Source: an uncultured candidate division Zixibacteria bacterium (lineage in GTDB: Bacteria; Zixibacteria; MSB-5A5; GN15; PGXB01). From it: 64,000 nt of DNA. Position numbers and translations under genes: made by a program. Location of the stretch: positions 241,183-305,182 of the forward strand of contig CAWEZN010000007.1 of assembly GCA_963813655.1 (NCBI GenBank). The letters run 5' to 3'. Within the stretch, counting starts at the first letter, position 1. Each line of letters opens with the position of its first letter. Under the pieces are notes generated by a model. It had not been told where the DNA came from. It saw nothing but the letters and a program-made list of their open reading frames with translations, and did no database searches. This document shows positions 9,810 to 19,179 of the stretch, one piece after another.

Positions 9810-11613
9810 TCAATCCTCTATCTTCAGCGCGGCCAAAAACGCCTCCTGAGGAATTTCCACTTTTCCTATCTGTTTCAGACGCTTCTTTCCCTCTTTCTGG
9901 CGTTCAAGCAATTTTCTCTTGCGGGAAATGTCTCCTCCGTAACATTTGGCCGTCACATTTTTTCTCAGAGGTTTCACTGTCGCGCGTGACACTATCCTGC
10001 TTCCAATCGCCGCCTGTATGACGACCTCAAAAAGCTGGCGGGGGATGAGCGTTCGAAGTTTCTCCGTCAGGCTGGCGCCGTATTTATACGCCTTATCCCG
10101 ATGGATAATTACCGAGAGGGCGTCAACCGGCTCATCGTTAATCAATATATCAAGTTTCACCAGATTGGATTTCTGGTAAAATGGAATGCCATAATCAAGC
10201 GAGCCATACCCCCGTGAAATCGACTTCAGCTTGTCATAAAAATCGAAGATTATCTCAGAAAGAGGAAAATCATAACTTATCATTGCTCGCGCCTGAGTCG
10301 GATACTCGGTATTTTTATATATACCGCGCCGCTCGGTGCAGAGACGCATAATCGATCCCAAAAATTCAGGCGGGGCGATAATCTGCGATACGACATAAGG
10401 CTCCTCGATGAATTCGACCTTCCCAGATTCTGGCATTCCTGCCGGGGAATCCACGGAAATTACGCTCTGGTCGGTCAAATGAACCAAGTACTCGACGTTG
10501 GGAACGGTATTGATTATCAGTTGATTATATTCCCGAGAGAGACGCTCGGTTATTATCTCCATATGGAGCATTCCCAGGAATCCGCATCGGAAACCAAAAC
10601 CTAGCGCCGATGATGTTTCTGGCGTGAACGAAAGGGAAGCATCATTTAATTTCAATTTTTCCAGAGCTTCGCGCAACTCGGTGTAATCTTCCGCAATGGC
10701 CGGATAAAGGCCGGAAAAAACCATCGGTTTTACAGCGACAAATCCCGGCAGGGCAGATTCGGCCGGTCTTCGGACATTGGTGATGGTGTCCCCGACACGC
10801 GTATCGGCGACTTCTTTTATTCCGGCATATAGATACCCCACCTCGCCCGCGGAGAGATTCTCAAGCGGGATATTTTCGAGCCTCCGGCATCCGACTTCAT
10901 CGACTTCAAAGGTCTTACCGTGTGAAAAGAATTTTACGATGTCCCCTTTGGCGACCGATCCATCGACTACTTTGAGATATACCGATGCCCCTCGATACGA
11001 ATCATATACCGAATCAAAAACCAGCGCCTTAAGGGGAGCTTCCAGATTACCGGTCGGAGGCGGAATTCTTGCGACTATCGCCTCCAGAAGTTTATCGATT
11101 CCGATTCCGGCCTTGGCGGAACAATGAAGTATATCTTCTTTCTTGCATCCGATTAGCTCAATAATCTGTTGAGCTACATCATCGGCGTGCGCTGAAGGCA
11201 AATCGATTTTATTGATAACCGGAATTATTTCCAGATTATCCTGCAGCGCCAAGAAAAGATTGGAAACAGTCTGAGCCTCCACGCCTTGCGACGCATCAAC
11301 AACGAGCAAGACACCTTCGCAGGCCGAGAGGGAACGGCTGACCTCATAGGTAAAATCCACATGTCCCGGAGTATCAATCAGATTAAGTTGATAAATTTCG
11401 CCATCGGCGGCGTGATAGGCCAGTCGAATCGCGTGCGCCTTGATGGTAATCCCGCGCTCGCGCTCCAGATCCATGTCGTCAAGCACCTGTGACCGCATCT
11501 GCCGGTTCGAAAGAGTCTCTGTCGCTTCCAGAAGCCGGTCGGCCAGACGTCGATTTCCCATGATCGATATGGGCAATTATCGAAAAATTTCTTATAAGTC
11601 TTTGTTCAATCAT
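9810..11613 (-). CDS. lepA: translation elongation factor 4 (LepA), interrupted by a 1-nt frameshift near codon 22
   Basis: [22 protein letters not shown] and the LepA C-terminal domain are all present. The G1 motif [11 protein letters not shown] is encoded in the adjacent frame; the annotated frame reads PISIMGNRR over the same bases. The natural start [11 protein letters not shown] lies at about 11613. Confidence 0.9.
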
Positions 11614-11748
11614 ATATCCTTACAATCGGTTGCAGAAAATATGGATATAGACCTGATTTGTCAACCGTTGCGGAATCAGTTCGGCGCTGGATAAGACTAA
11701 TCCCCTTGACATTATCGACATCACAAATATATTGCTCAACAATCGAAT

Positions 11749-12354
11749 ATGGCCGAAATAAATAAATTAAAAAGAGAAATCTACGAGAGGTCCACTCCCC
11801 CTCTTGGGCGAGCCTGTCTGAAACTCGGTTTGACACCTAACATTCTCACCGCCATTTCACTTGTCTGCGCGGCGGTCTCGGGAATATACTTCTGGAAAGC
11901 CCAGGTATGGATGGGAATCTTGTGGATGCTCTTAACATCTTTTATGGATATGCTCGATGGCGCCACCGCCCGCGCGGGCAATCTCGGCACTGCTTTCGGT
12001 GGAATTCTTGATCATGTATCCGACCGCTATGGAGAATTCTTTATTCTGGCAGGCATCACCATGTCTCATCTCGTGCATCCAGGGTGGGGTCTATTTGCCC
12101 TTTTTGGCATGATCATCGCCAGCTATACCCGGGCCGCCGCCGAATCGATCGGAAAAATCGAAAATTGCGCCGTCGGCATTATGGGACGGCTTGAGAAATT
12201 TACATTTATTATAGCCGGGGCTATTCTGGAACGCTACTATCCGAATCTTCGCGGCCTCGAAATCGCCCTCATAGTCGTCGGTCTGACTTCATATATTACA
12301 TCAGTGCAGCGTCTCTTTTATGCTCATAAAATCCTGAACCATAAGCAATCATAA
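11749..12354 (+). CDS. CDP-alcohol phosphatidyltransferase family protein (PIP-synthase / DIPP-synthase-like size class)
   Basis: DMLDGATARAGNLGTAFGGILDHVSDRYGE matches D-x2-DG-x2-AR-x8-G-x3-D-x3-D. 201 aa and polytopic. Confidence 0.8.
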   Translation: MAEINKLKREIYERSTPPLGRACLKLGLTPNILTAISLVCAAVSGIYFWKAQVWMGILWMLLTSFMDMLDGATARAGNLGTAFGGILDHVSDRYGEFFILAGITMSHLVHPGWGLFALFGMIIASYTRAAAESIGKIENCAVGIMGRLEKFTFIIAGAILERYYPNLRGLEIALIVVGLTSYITSVQRLFYAHKILNHKQS

Positions 12355-12363
12355 GAAGAGAAT

Positions 12364-13290
12364 ATGATTACAGCAATCGGCAATCCGGTTTATGATTATA
12401 TTAAAACAAAGAAAATTGAGACCGAGGGACGTGTCCTTTCGGGGTGCAGTACCAATGCCGCGTTGGCTCTTGCCAAGCTGAATGAGAAAGTCACATTGAT
12501 TGGTACCATCGGCCGGGATTATCATCACAAATTCATTCAGAAGCTGAAAGAGTATGACATTGAACATAAGGTGCAACTCTCCAAGGAAACAGGGGGGTTC
12601 TCCCTTATCTACTATGATGACTTCGGCAACCGAACACTTGACCTTCTGGGAAGAGCCGGAGACATAGGACATGTCGATCCGCAGATCTATGAATACTCCG
12701 ATGCCATCCTCATTGGCCCCATTTTGGGTGAGGTTTCTCTCGGGGAAATAGCGAATATACGCGACAATTTCCGGGGTCTTCTTTTCTGCGACCCTCAGGG
12801 GTTATTGAGGAATGCCGACAGCTCGGGACGGATTCACCATAGCAAGCCACCGATGATCGAAGAAGCTCTGGGTATGTTCACTGTCGTTAAGCCGAATGAA
12901 ATGGAAGCGAAAGTTCTCACGGGCATCGATTGCCGGCACGACCCGTATAAAGCGGCCGAGATAATTATCGGCTGGGGGCCGGAGATCGTGATTATCACCC
13001 TGGCAGAACTCGGCTCTATAATCTATGACGGCCTTGATTTCATCGATATACCGCCGTATAAAATCGACCTTGTCGATTCAACCGGCGCAGGCGATACCTA
13101 TATGGGGGGATTTACCTTTGAGTATCTTCGGACCGGCGACCTGCGGAAAGCCGGATGCTTTGCCTCAGCAGTATCGTCCATAATGATAGAGCAGGTTGGT
13201 CCCGATTTTACCTTGACCGAAGCTGAAGTTCGCCGCCGTCAGGCCGCCCTTCTCTCTCAGGTTGGGTTCAGAGTTTCTCTGACAGCGTAA
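12364..13290 (+). CDS. PfkB/ribokinase-family carbohydrate (possibly inositol) kinase
   Basis: DSTGAGDTYMGGF (DTxGAGD) motif and GG dipeptide region. Starts 10 nt after the CDP-alcohol transferase stop. Confidence 0.8.
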   Translation: MITAIGNPVYDYIKTKKIETEGRVLSGCSTNAALALAKLNEKVTLIGTIGRDYHHKFIQKLKEYDIEHKVQLSKETGGFSLIYYDDFGNRTLDLLGRAGDIGHVDPQIYEYSDAILIGPILGEVSLGEIANIRDNFRGLLFCDPQGLLRNADSSGRIHHSKPPMIEEALGMFTVVKPNEMEAKVLTGIDCRHDPYKAAEIIIGWGPEIVIITLAELGSIIYDGLDFIDIPPYKIDLVDSTGAGDTYMGGFTFEYLRTGDLRKAGCFASAVSSIMIEQVGPDFTLTEAEVRRRQAALLSQVGFRVSLTA

Positions 13291-13337
13291 CTTAATCAAT
13301 AAGTGCAATTATGAATTAATAGGCAGATTGCGCGCTG

Positions 13338-14103
13338 CTATTCGGCCCTGCCGGGTTCCCAAATCAATTGGAACTGATTCGGCTCAGGTTTTAACGCTCT
13401 GTTAAAGTACATGAATTTATCAGGATAAGCCGGATCGGACAGAGTGAAGGTCACCGAGTCGGCATAAAAATCTGTCACCGTGTCAATAATGCTGCCGGTG
13501 CCGTCGGTAATAATTGTCTCCGGAGGATCACCGAGCAAACAAGGAAATATCAGAGAGTCGTCCGTCGAATAGATTCCGTCTTTATCGGTTGTGCCGATCA
13601 ACGTGGAAGCCGGGGATTTGCCGAGTTCAAATATCATTGGCTTTTCCATGGTGATCAGTTCTATGGCGCCGGTGGTGTCTTTGGCGGTCATAGAGTAGTA
13701 ATAATAACCTGATTTGACTCGTTCTCCCTTGTCGTCAAGGGCGTCCCAATATATAGTGTAAATCCCCGCAGCGTTTGACTTCACGAAAGAGGCGTCTAAC
13801 AATTTGCTTATAATAGTTCAGAATATTCATCTCAATAAGAGCCGGGGAGGAAAGAGAAAATTCCAATTGAGTTTCGGGACATGTATGACTCGGCTTGGCT
13901 AATCTAATATAGGGTGAATAATTCATGCTCCCCACCCTCAAACCCTCCACGGGATGCCCCGAAGTATCAACCACTTTGAGAGTCAATAAATGTATGTCCT
14001 GGTGACCGCCATCATTTGGATTTTTCTCACACGACAGCAGAAATATTAACCCTAATATGGTCAGGGAAGCTAATAATCTTCTTATTATTACTGTCGTTTC
14101 CAT
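13338..14103 (-). CDS. lipoprotein with FlgD-like Ig domain; two overlapping ORFs in different frames (13735..14103 and 13338..13802) imply a frameshift
   Basis: Upstream ORF has a signal peptide and LLSC lipobox. Downstream ORF has GIYTIYWDALDDKGERVKSGYYYY, typical of FlgD-like Ig folds. The two ORFs overlap by 68 nt in different frames. Confidence 0.4.
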
Positions 14104-14164
14104 ATTCTTCTTCCACCTGAAATATAATGCAACTGCCGATCGTTCGCAAGGATTCCCTTTCTAA

Positions 14165-14824
14165 TTACCCCTTCACCCCGTCAAAAAATATTCTGGTCAT
14201 TCTTTCTATTTGATCTTTTATGCCCGCCCTTCCGCGAGTTGTCTGAAAAGCAGGTAGGCAAATTAGCTCGATACTTCTCACTAAGCCGAGCAATAACTCA
14301 GTAATAACCTGCACCTCAATATCTCGTCTAATTTCCCCAGTCTCCATGCCGCGCCTGATTATTTTGTTAAGACCTTCACTTTGAATCTGAATCATCTTTT
14401 CTCTGTATTCCCGGGTCAGATTGGCGTCGTTCTCAAAGCACATCTTAATATGGAACCTGAAAGCTGTCTTATCCATTTCCCACGATTCTACCATGGCCAG
14501 AAAGAAAGTGATTATTCTTTCCTTGGCTCTTACGGCCGTTTCACCCGCAAAATATTTTGCCCAATAGTCCTTGTAGTCATCAAGAAATATTTTCATCACA
14601 AATTTCAAGACATTTTCTTTATTGGTAAAATATTGTATAAGCGAACCTTTTGAAAATTGAGCGGAACCTGCAATTCCATCAAGAGAGACTCTGTCATAAA
14701 CTTCATTCGAAAAGGCCTCAACTGCGGTGCGATAGATTTTTTCTCTTTTGGCCGGTTCCAGCTTGCGAAAGGTGGCGGTGACCGTTTTATCTTTTTCAAG
14801 CTCTATGATTAGATTTTCGTTCAT
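14165..14824 (-). CDS. TetR/AcrR family transcriptional regulator
   Basis: N-terminal helix-turn-helix REKIYRTAVEAFSNEVYDRVSLDGIAGSAQFSKGSLIQYF. 219 aa. Confidence 0.8.
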   Translation of the reverse strand: MNENLIIELEKDKTVTATFRKLEPAKREKIYRTAVEAFSNEVYDRVSLDGIAGSAQFSKGSLIQYFTNKENVLKFVMKIFLDDYKDYWAKYFAGETAVRAKERIITFFLAMVESWEMDKTAFRFHIKMCFENDANLTREYREKMIQIQSEGLNKIIRRGMETGEIRRDIEVQVITELLLGLVRSIELICLPAFQTTRGRAGIKDQIERMTRIFFDGVKG

Positions 14825-14960
14825 ACCCTAATAGTATATAAATAATAACCATGTAGTCGGCAATTATATATTAATGATATAATTTAGTCAATATTTATCT
14901 TGACCATTTCATCGGCAAGGGTAATATTGTTTGTATAAGAAAAGAAAGGATTTTACTTCT

Positions 14961-16148
14961 ATGGCTAAAGTAAGAGTGGCGATTATTGGAGTGGGGAATT
15001 GTGCTTCCTCTTTTGTTCAGGGAGTCGAGTTTTATAAGAAGTCCCGTGAAGATGAATCAATCCCCGGCATAATGCATGTCAACCTCGGCGGGTATCACGT
15101 GAGCGATATCGAATTCTCCGCCGCCATTGACATCGATAAAAATAAGGTGGGAAAAGATCTCTCCGAAGCAATTTACACTAAGCCGAATAACACTTACAAA
15201 TTTTGTTCTGTTCCGAAGTCCGGTATTATTGTTCAAAGAGGGATGACCCACGATGGCCTTGGGAAATATCTGTCCGAAATAATCGAAAAGGCGCCCGGCG
15301 ATACAGTCGATATTGTGAAGCTCTTGAAAGAAACCAAGACTGACGTCGTCGTAAACTATCTCCCTGTCGGGTCGGAAGAGGCTACCAAATGGTATGTCGA
15401 GCAGATCCTTGAAGCTGGATGCGGCTTTGTAAATTGCATTCCGGTGTTTATCGGTCGCGAGCCATACTGGCAGAACCGCTTCACGGAAAAAGGCCTTCCG
15501 GTAATCGGCGATGACATCAAATCTCAGGTGGGTGCGACCATAGTGCATCGCGTTCTGACTCGCCTTTTCCGTGACAGGGGAGTCAGACTTGATCGCACCA
15601 GTCAGCTGAATGTCGGGGGCAATACTGACTTTCTGAATATGCTGGAACGTTCACGGCTGGAATCCAAGAAGATTTCCAAAACCAATTCGGTTACTAGTCA
15701 GCTCGATTATGAAATCGGAAAGGAAAATATTCATATTGGGCCGTCCGATTATGTTGCCTGGTTGCTTGATAGGAAATGGGCCTATATCCGGATGGAAGGA
15801 ACAACCTTCGGAAATGTCCCGCTTAACGTAGAATTGAAACTTGAGGTATGGGACTCCCCCAACTCAGCCGGCGTTGTCATCGACGCCGTCCGTTGTTGCA
15901 AGTTGGCCTTAGACAATGGACTCACCGGCACAATGAAAGCTCCCGCTGCATATTTCATGAAATCCCCGCCTGTGCAATATACTGACGAAGAAGCCCGCCG
16001 GATGACCGAGGAATATGTCCTCAAATACGGCTGGAAGGGGGATGCTAAAGGCGCCCGACGCAGACTGGTGATTAAAGGCACTAAAGAGGAGGCGGTCGTT
16101 GCCGCGCCCCGACGAAAAGTAGCCCGAAAGACGCTGCTGAAAAAGTAG
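14961..16148 (+). CDS. ino1: myo-inositol-1-phosphate (inositol-3-phosphate) synthase, Ino1 type
   Basis: Near-colinear with mycobacterial Ino1: [72 protein letters not shown]. The ATG at 14961 has an AAGGA ribosome-binding site; the track start at 14931 is a TTG. Confidence 0.92.
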   Translation: MAKVRVAIIGVGNCASSFVQGVEFYKKSREDESIPGIMHVNLGGYHVSDIEFSAAIDIDKNKVGKDLSEAIYTKPNNTYKFCSVPKSGIIVQRGMTHDGLGKYLSEIIEKAPGDTVDIVKLLKETKTDVVVNYLPVGSEEATKWYVEQILEAGCGFVNCIPVFIGREPYWQNRFTEKGLPVIGDDIKSQVGATIVHRVLTRLFRDRGVRLDRTSQLNVGGNTDFLNMLERSRLESKKISKTNSVTSQLDYEIGKENIHIGPSDYVAWLLDRKWAYIRMEGTTFGNVPLNVELKLEVWDSPNSAGVVIDAVRCCKLALDNGLTGTMKAPAAYFMKSPPVQYTDEEARRMTEEYVLKYGWKGDAKGARRRLVIKGTKEEAVVAAPRRKVARKTLLKK

Positions 16149-16180
16149 TTTCGCAAATTTATCCAAAGAGGTAAATTAGA

Positions 16181-16208
16181 GGCGAACAATATTTGTTCGC
16201 CTTTTTTA
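16181..16208 (+). terminator. rho-independent terminator after ino1
   Basis: GGCGAACAA-TAT-TTGTTCGCC hairpin followed by TTTTTT. Confidence 0.65.
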
Positions 16209-16209
16209 T

Positions 16210-16839
16210 TTGAATATGAAACGAAAAGGATTTCTTATCACGTTCGAGGGGATTGACGGCTCGGGCAAAACCACCCAACTCCGTCTGGCCGAGAAATATC
16301 TTCGCGACAGTGGATTCGATACACTAGTCTTGCGTGAACCTGGTTCCACTCCTCTGGCCGAAAAAATCCGTAGGATTCTGTTGCACGACAAGAACAAAAT
16401 CAATCCCTCCTCGGAATTGCTTCTTTACGTCGCTGCCCGCGCAGAACTCGTTAAAGAAATTATTTCTCCCGCACTCAATAAAGGAACTATTATTTTGTGC
16501 GACCGCTTCTATGACTCCACTACTGCCTATCAGGGATACGGAAGGGGGATAGATATTGGTCTGATCGAAAAACTCAACCGCTATGCGGTTGGAAATTCTG
16601 TTCCCGATCTGACCTTTCTGGTCGATATTGATTATAAGACGTCACTTGGCCGACGAAAAAAGCTGACCGATCGCCTTGAATCGGAATCAAGAACGTTTTT
16701 TGACCGGGTGCGGCATGGCTTTCTCGAGATCGCCGCCAGAGAGGACAAAAGATTCGTTGTTTTGGACGGTCGCAAGAGTGAAAAAGAATTATTCGCCGAG
16801 GTGGCAGATTGCCTCCGGACTCTGCTGAAAATCAAATAA
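16210..16839 (+). CDS. tmk: thymidylate kinase
   Basis: ITFEGIDGSGKTTQ P-loop, DRF motif and LID region. 209 aa. Confidence 0.9.
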   Translation: MNMKRKGFLITFEGIDGSGKTTQLRLAEKYLRDSGFDTLVLREPGSTPLAEKIRRILLHDKNKINPSSELLLYVAARAELVKEIISPALNKGTIILCDRFYDSTTAYQGYGRGIDIGLIEKLNRYAVGNSVPDLTFLVDIDYKTSLGRRKKLTDRLESESRTFFDRVRHGFLEIAAREDKRFVVLDGRKSEKELFAEVADCLRTLLKIK

Positions 16840-16847
16840 TCGATTCC

Positions 16848-18422
16848 GTGCCCGAGCCGGACAGAAAGACTCTATTCTGGGGACTTGGACTATTCGCAGC
16901 AATCACCATCATATTGACCGCAACCATCATTATTCTTCTCGGCGATCAGGATCTGTATTATCCCTACCGTCTTAGTGCAACTCTTTCGCTGGTTCAACAA
17001 CTTTATCCCGAAGCTTCCGACGAGCGAAAGATGCTCAATCTTGCCCGCGATGCGGTAATCTCCCGGCTCGACCGCTTCTCCGGATATATGGATCGCGGGG
17101 AATTAGACCGGGCGATGGAGGAATTCAGCGGAAGCTACGGAGGAGTCGGCATCACCGTTGTAGGGCATAAGCTGGGGCTTCAGATAATGTCAGTCAGAGA
17201 AGATGGCCCGGCCGGAAAAGCCGGAATTAAGACGGGAGATATAATCATTAAGGCCGGCGGTATCAGCATGCAGGGGATGAATCCATATCGGGCCTCCAAT
17301 TATTTGCGCGGACCCGAGGGGACATCGGTCGAAGTCACTATCGTTCGTAATGATCTGACTGACACCCTGACTTTCAAATTAGACCGCGAAAAGCTCAAAT
17401 TGATCCATGTCTCTTATGCGGGCATTACTGATCGAAAGAGTCTTTATATTCGTATCCTTGATTTTGAGGCGGGCGTAACTGACGAAGTTGTGGCCGCCCT
17501 TGACTCCCTATTTCTGAAAAGAAAAGATACCCTTCTCGGCATAATTCTGGACCTTCGTGGCAATCCTGGCGGATTATTGAATGAGGCAATAAGCCTATCA
17601 GATCTCTTTATCGGCAAAGATCGTCTCATCGTCGGCGTCAAGGGACGTTCCCGCTGGAATCAGGCGGAGTTCTATTCCTCAGATGAAGACATAACTCGGG
17701 GCCTGCCAATGGCCATAATTGTCGACCGCGGCTCGGCCTCCGCATCAGAGATATTCGCAGGCGCTATGAAATATGCGGGACGAGGAGTTTTAATCGGGGA
17801 CACAACCTTCGGCAAGGGATTAGTGCAGGAATTGGACAAGCTTTATGATGGCTCCGGTTTGCGTCTGACGACCGCCCGATACTATTTTGAAGGAAACAGA
17901 TTTCTGAATGACCCTGCTTCGCCGATTTTGGACAGCGCCGCCGGAATACCTCCGGACTATCTCGTCCAATTTCCCGAATATGATCCGTTTCCACTCAGCC
18001 TCGAAAACTCTCAGATATTAAGAGACTATGCCCTATCCCTGAAAGATAGCGGAGTTCTCGATTCGGGGACCTCAATGATTCCCTCGGAATGGTTTGGCGA
18101 TTTTGAATCATACGCCCTCCGCAATGGTTTCAGCTACAAATCGAAATTAAGCGATGAAATTAAATCCACTTTGGATGAAGCCGCATTTGCGAATAGCTCC
18201 CGGGAAACGCTTGATAAAATCAACGCCCTTTACTCTATTTCCCTGAAGGATGACAGCGCTCAATTCTCTGAGTATCGTGATTATATAATGCGCAGGATTT
18301 TCCAAATCGTTCTTGAAACAAGATTCGGAACAGGTTTGTCATATCGCAGAGCGATTCTCCCATATCGAATGGATATAGTATTTGCGGAAAAGATTTTTCA
18401 GGAACGCGCGGAAAAGAAATGA
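16848..18422 (+). CDS. ctpA: carboxyl-terminal processing protease (S41, PDZ-containing). Start ambiguous: TTG 16809 overlapping tmk, or GTG 16848
   Basis: N-terminal transmembrane helix; PDZ domain (GDIIIKAGGISMQGM); S41 catalytic region IVDRGSASASEIFAGAMK. Confidence 0.85.
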   Translation: MPEPDRKTLFWGLGLFAAITIILTATIIILLGDQDLYYPYRLSATLSLVQQLYPEASDERKMLNLARDAVISRLDRFSGYMDRGELDRAMEEFSGSYGGVGITVVGHKLGLQIMSVREDGPAGKAGIKTGDIIIKAGGISMQGMNPYRASNYLRGPEGTSVEVTIVRNDLTDTLTFKLDREKLKLIHVSYAGITDRKSLYIRILDFEAGVTDEVVAALDSLFLKRKDTLLGIILDLRGNPGGLLNEAISLSDLFIGKDRLIVGVKGRSRWNQAEFYSSDEDITRGLPMAIIVDRGSASASEIFAGAMKYAGRGVLIGDTTFGKGLVQELDKLYDGSGLRLTTARYYFEGNRFLNDPASPILDSAAGIPPDYLVQFPEYDPFPLSLENSQILRDYALSLKDSGVLDSGTSMIPSEWFGDFESYALRNGFSYKSKLSDEIKSTLDEAAFANSSRETLDKINALYSISLKDDSAQFSEYRDYIMRRIFQIVLETRFGTGLSYRRAILPYRMDIVFAEKIFQERAEKK

Positions 18423-18467
18423 CCTTCTGGCCCATTTCAAGAGTAAAACATTCTTAGGATTCAGTGC

Positions 18468-19145
18468 GTGTCTACAATGGATGACCGGAAATTAATCATA
18501 TTCTCTGATTTCGACGGCACTTTCACTGCCAGAGATGTCGGTAACCGGGTCTTTACTATATTTTCCGAGGGACAAAATCGCGAACTTGTGGATGACTGGA
18601 AAAAAGGATTGATCACATCGCGGGAATGCCTTCAGAAGGAAGCTGAGTTGGTCAAGATAACGCCAGAGGAATTTCATTCATTCGTCGGCAGGTTTGAATT
18701 GGCCGACGGGGCGGTCGAACTCTATAATTTAGTTGTGGAGAAGGACATCCCATTTGTCATTCTTTCCGACGGCCTTGACTTGTACATCCGGGAGATTCTA
18801 AAGAGTCATCATTTGGATAAAATACCATTCCACGCCAATCGAGGAATCCTCAAAAACGGCGGCCTGGCCATAGAATTTCCATATGAAAATAACAGCTGTC
18901 CTCGTTGCGGTTCCTGCAAAGGGGAAAGAATAAAGGAACTGGCAATTGGCGGCAGGGACAAATGGGAAATATTATTCATTGGGGATGGTTTATCCGACAT
19001 TTGTGCCCTTCCCCAGAGTGATATCATTTTTGCCCGAGGCGACCTATTAAATTATTGCCATGCGCACGAATTCGATGCTATTGAATATCAGAATTTTTTC
19101 GATATATTGAAATGGTTGAAGAATTCCGGCCGAATCGCCGGATAG
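18468..19145 (+). CDS. HAD-superfamily phosphatase (MtnX / phosphoserine-phosphatase-like)
   Basis: FSDFDGT motif I; GDGLSD motif near the C-terminus; CPRCGSC cysteine cluster. Confidence 0.7.
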   Translation: MSTMDDRKLIIFSDFDGTFTARDVGNRVFTIFSEGQNRELVDDWKKGLITSRECLQKEAELVKITPEEFHSFVGRFELADGAVELYNLVVEKDIPFVILSDGLDLYIREILKSHHLDKIPFHANRGILKNGGLAIEFPYENNSCPRCGSCKGERIKELAIGGRDKWEILFIGDGLSDICALPQSDIIFARGDLLNYCHAHEFDAIEYQNFFDILKWLKNSGRIAG

Positions 19146-19179
19146 TTTCAAATATTGGCAGATTTTCAGGAGACTTGGC

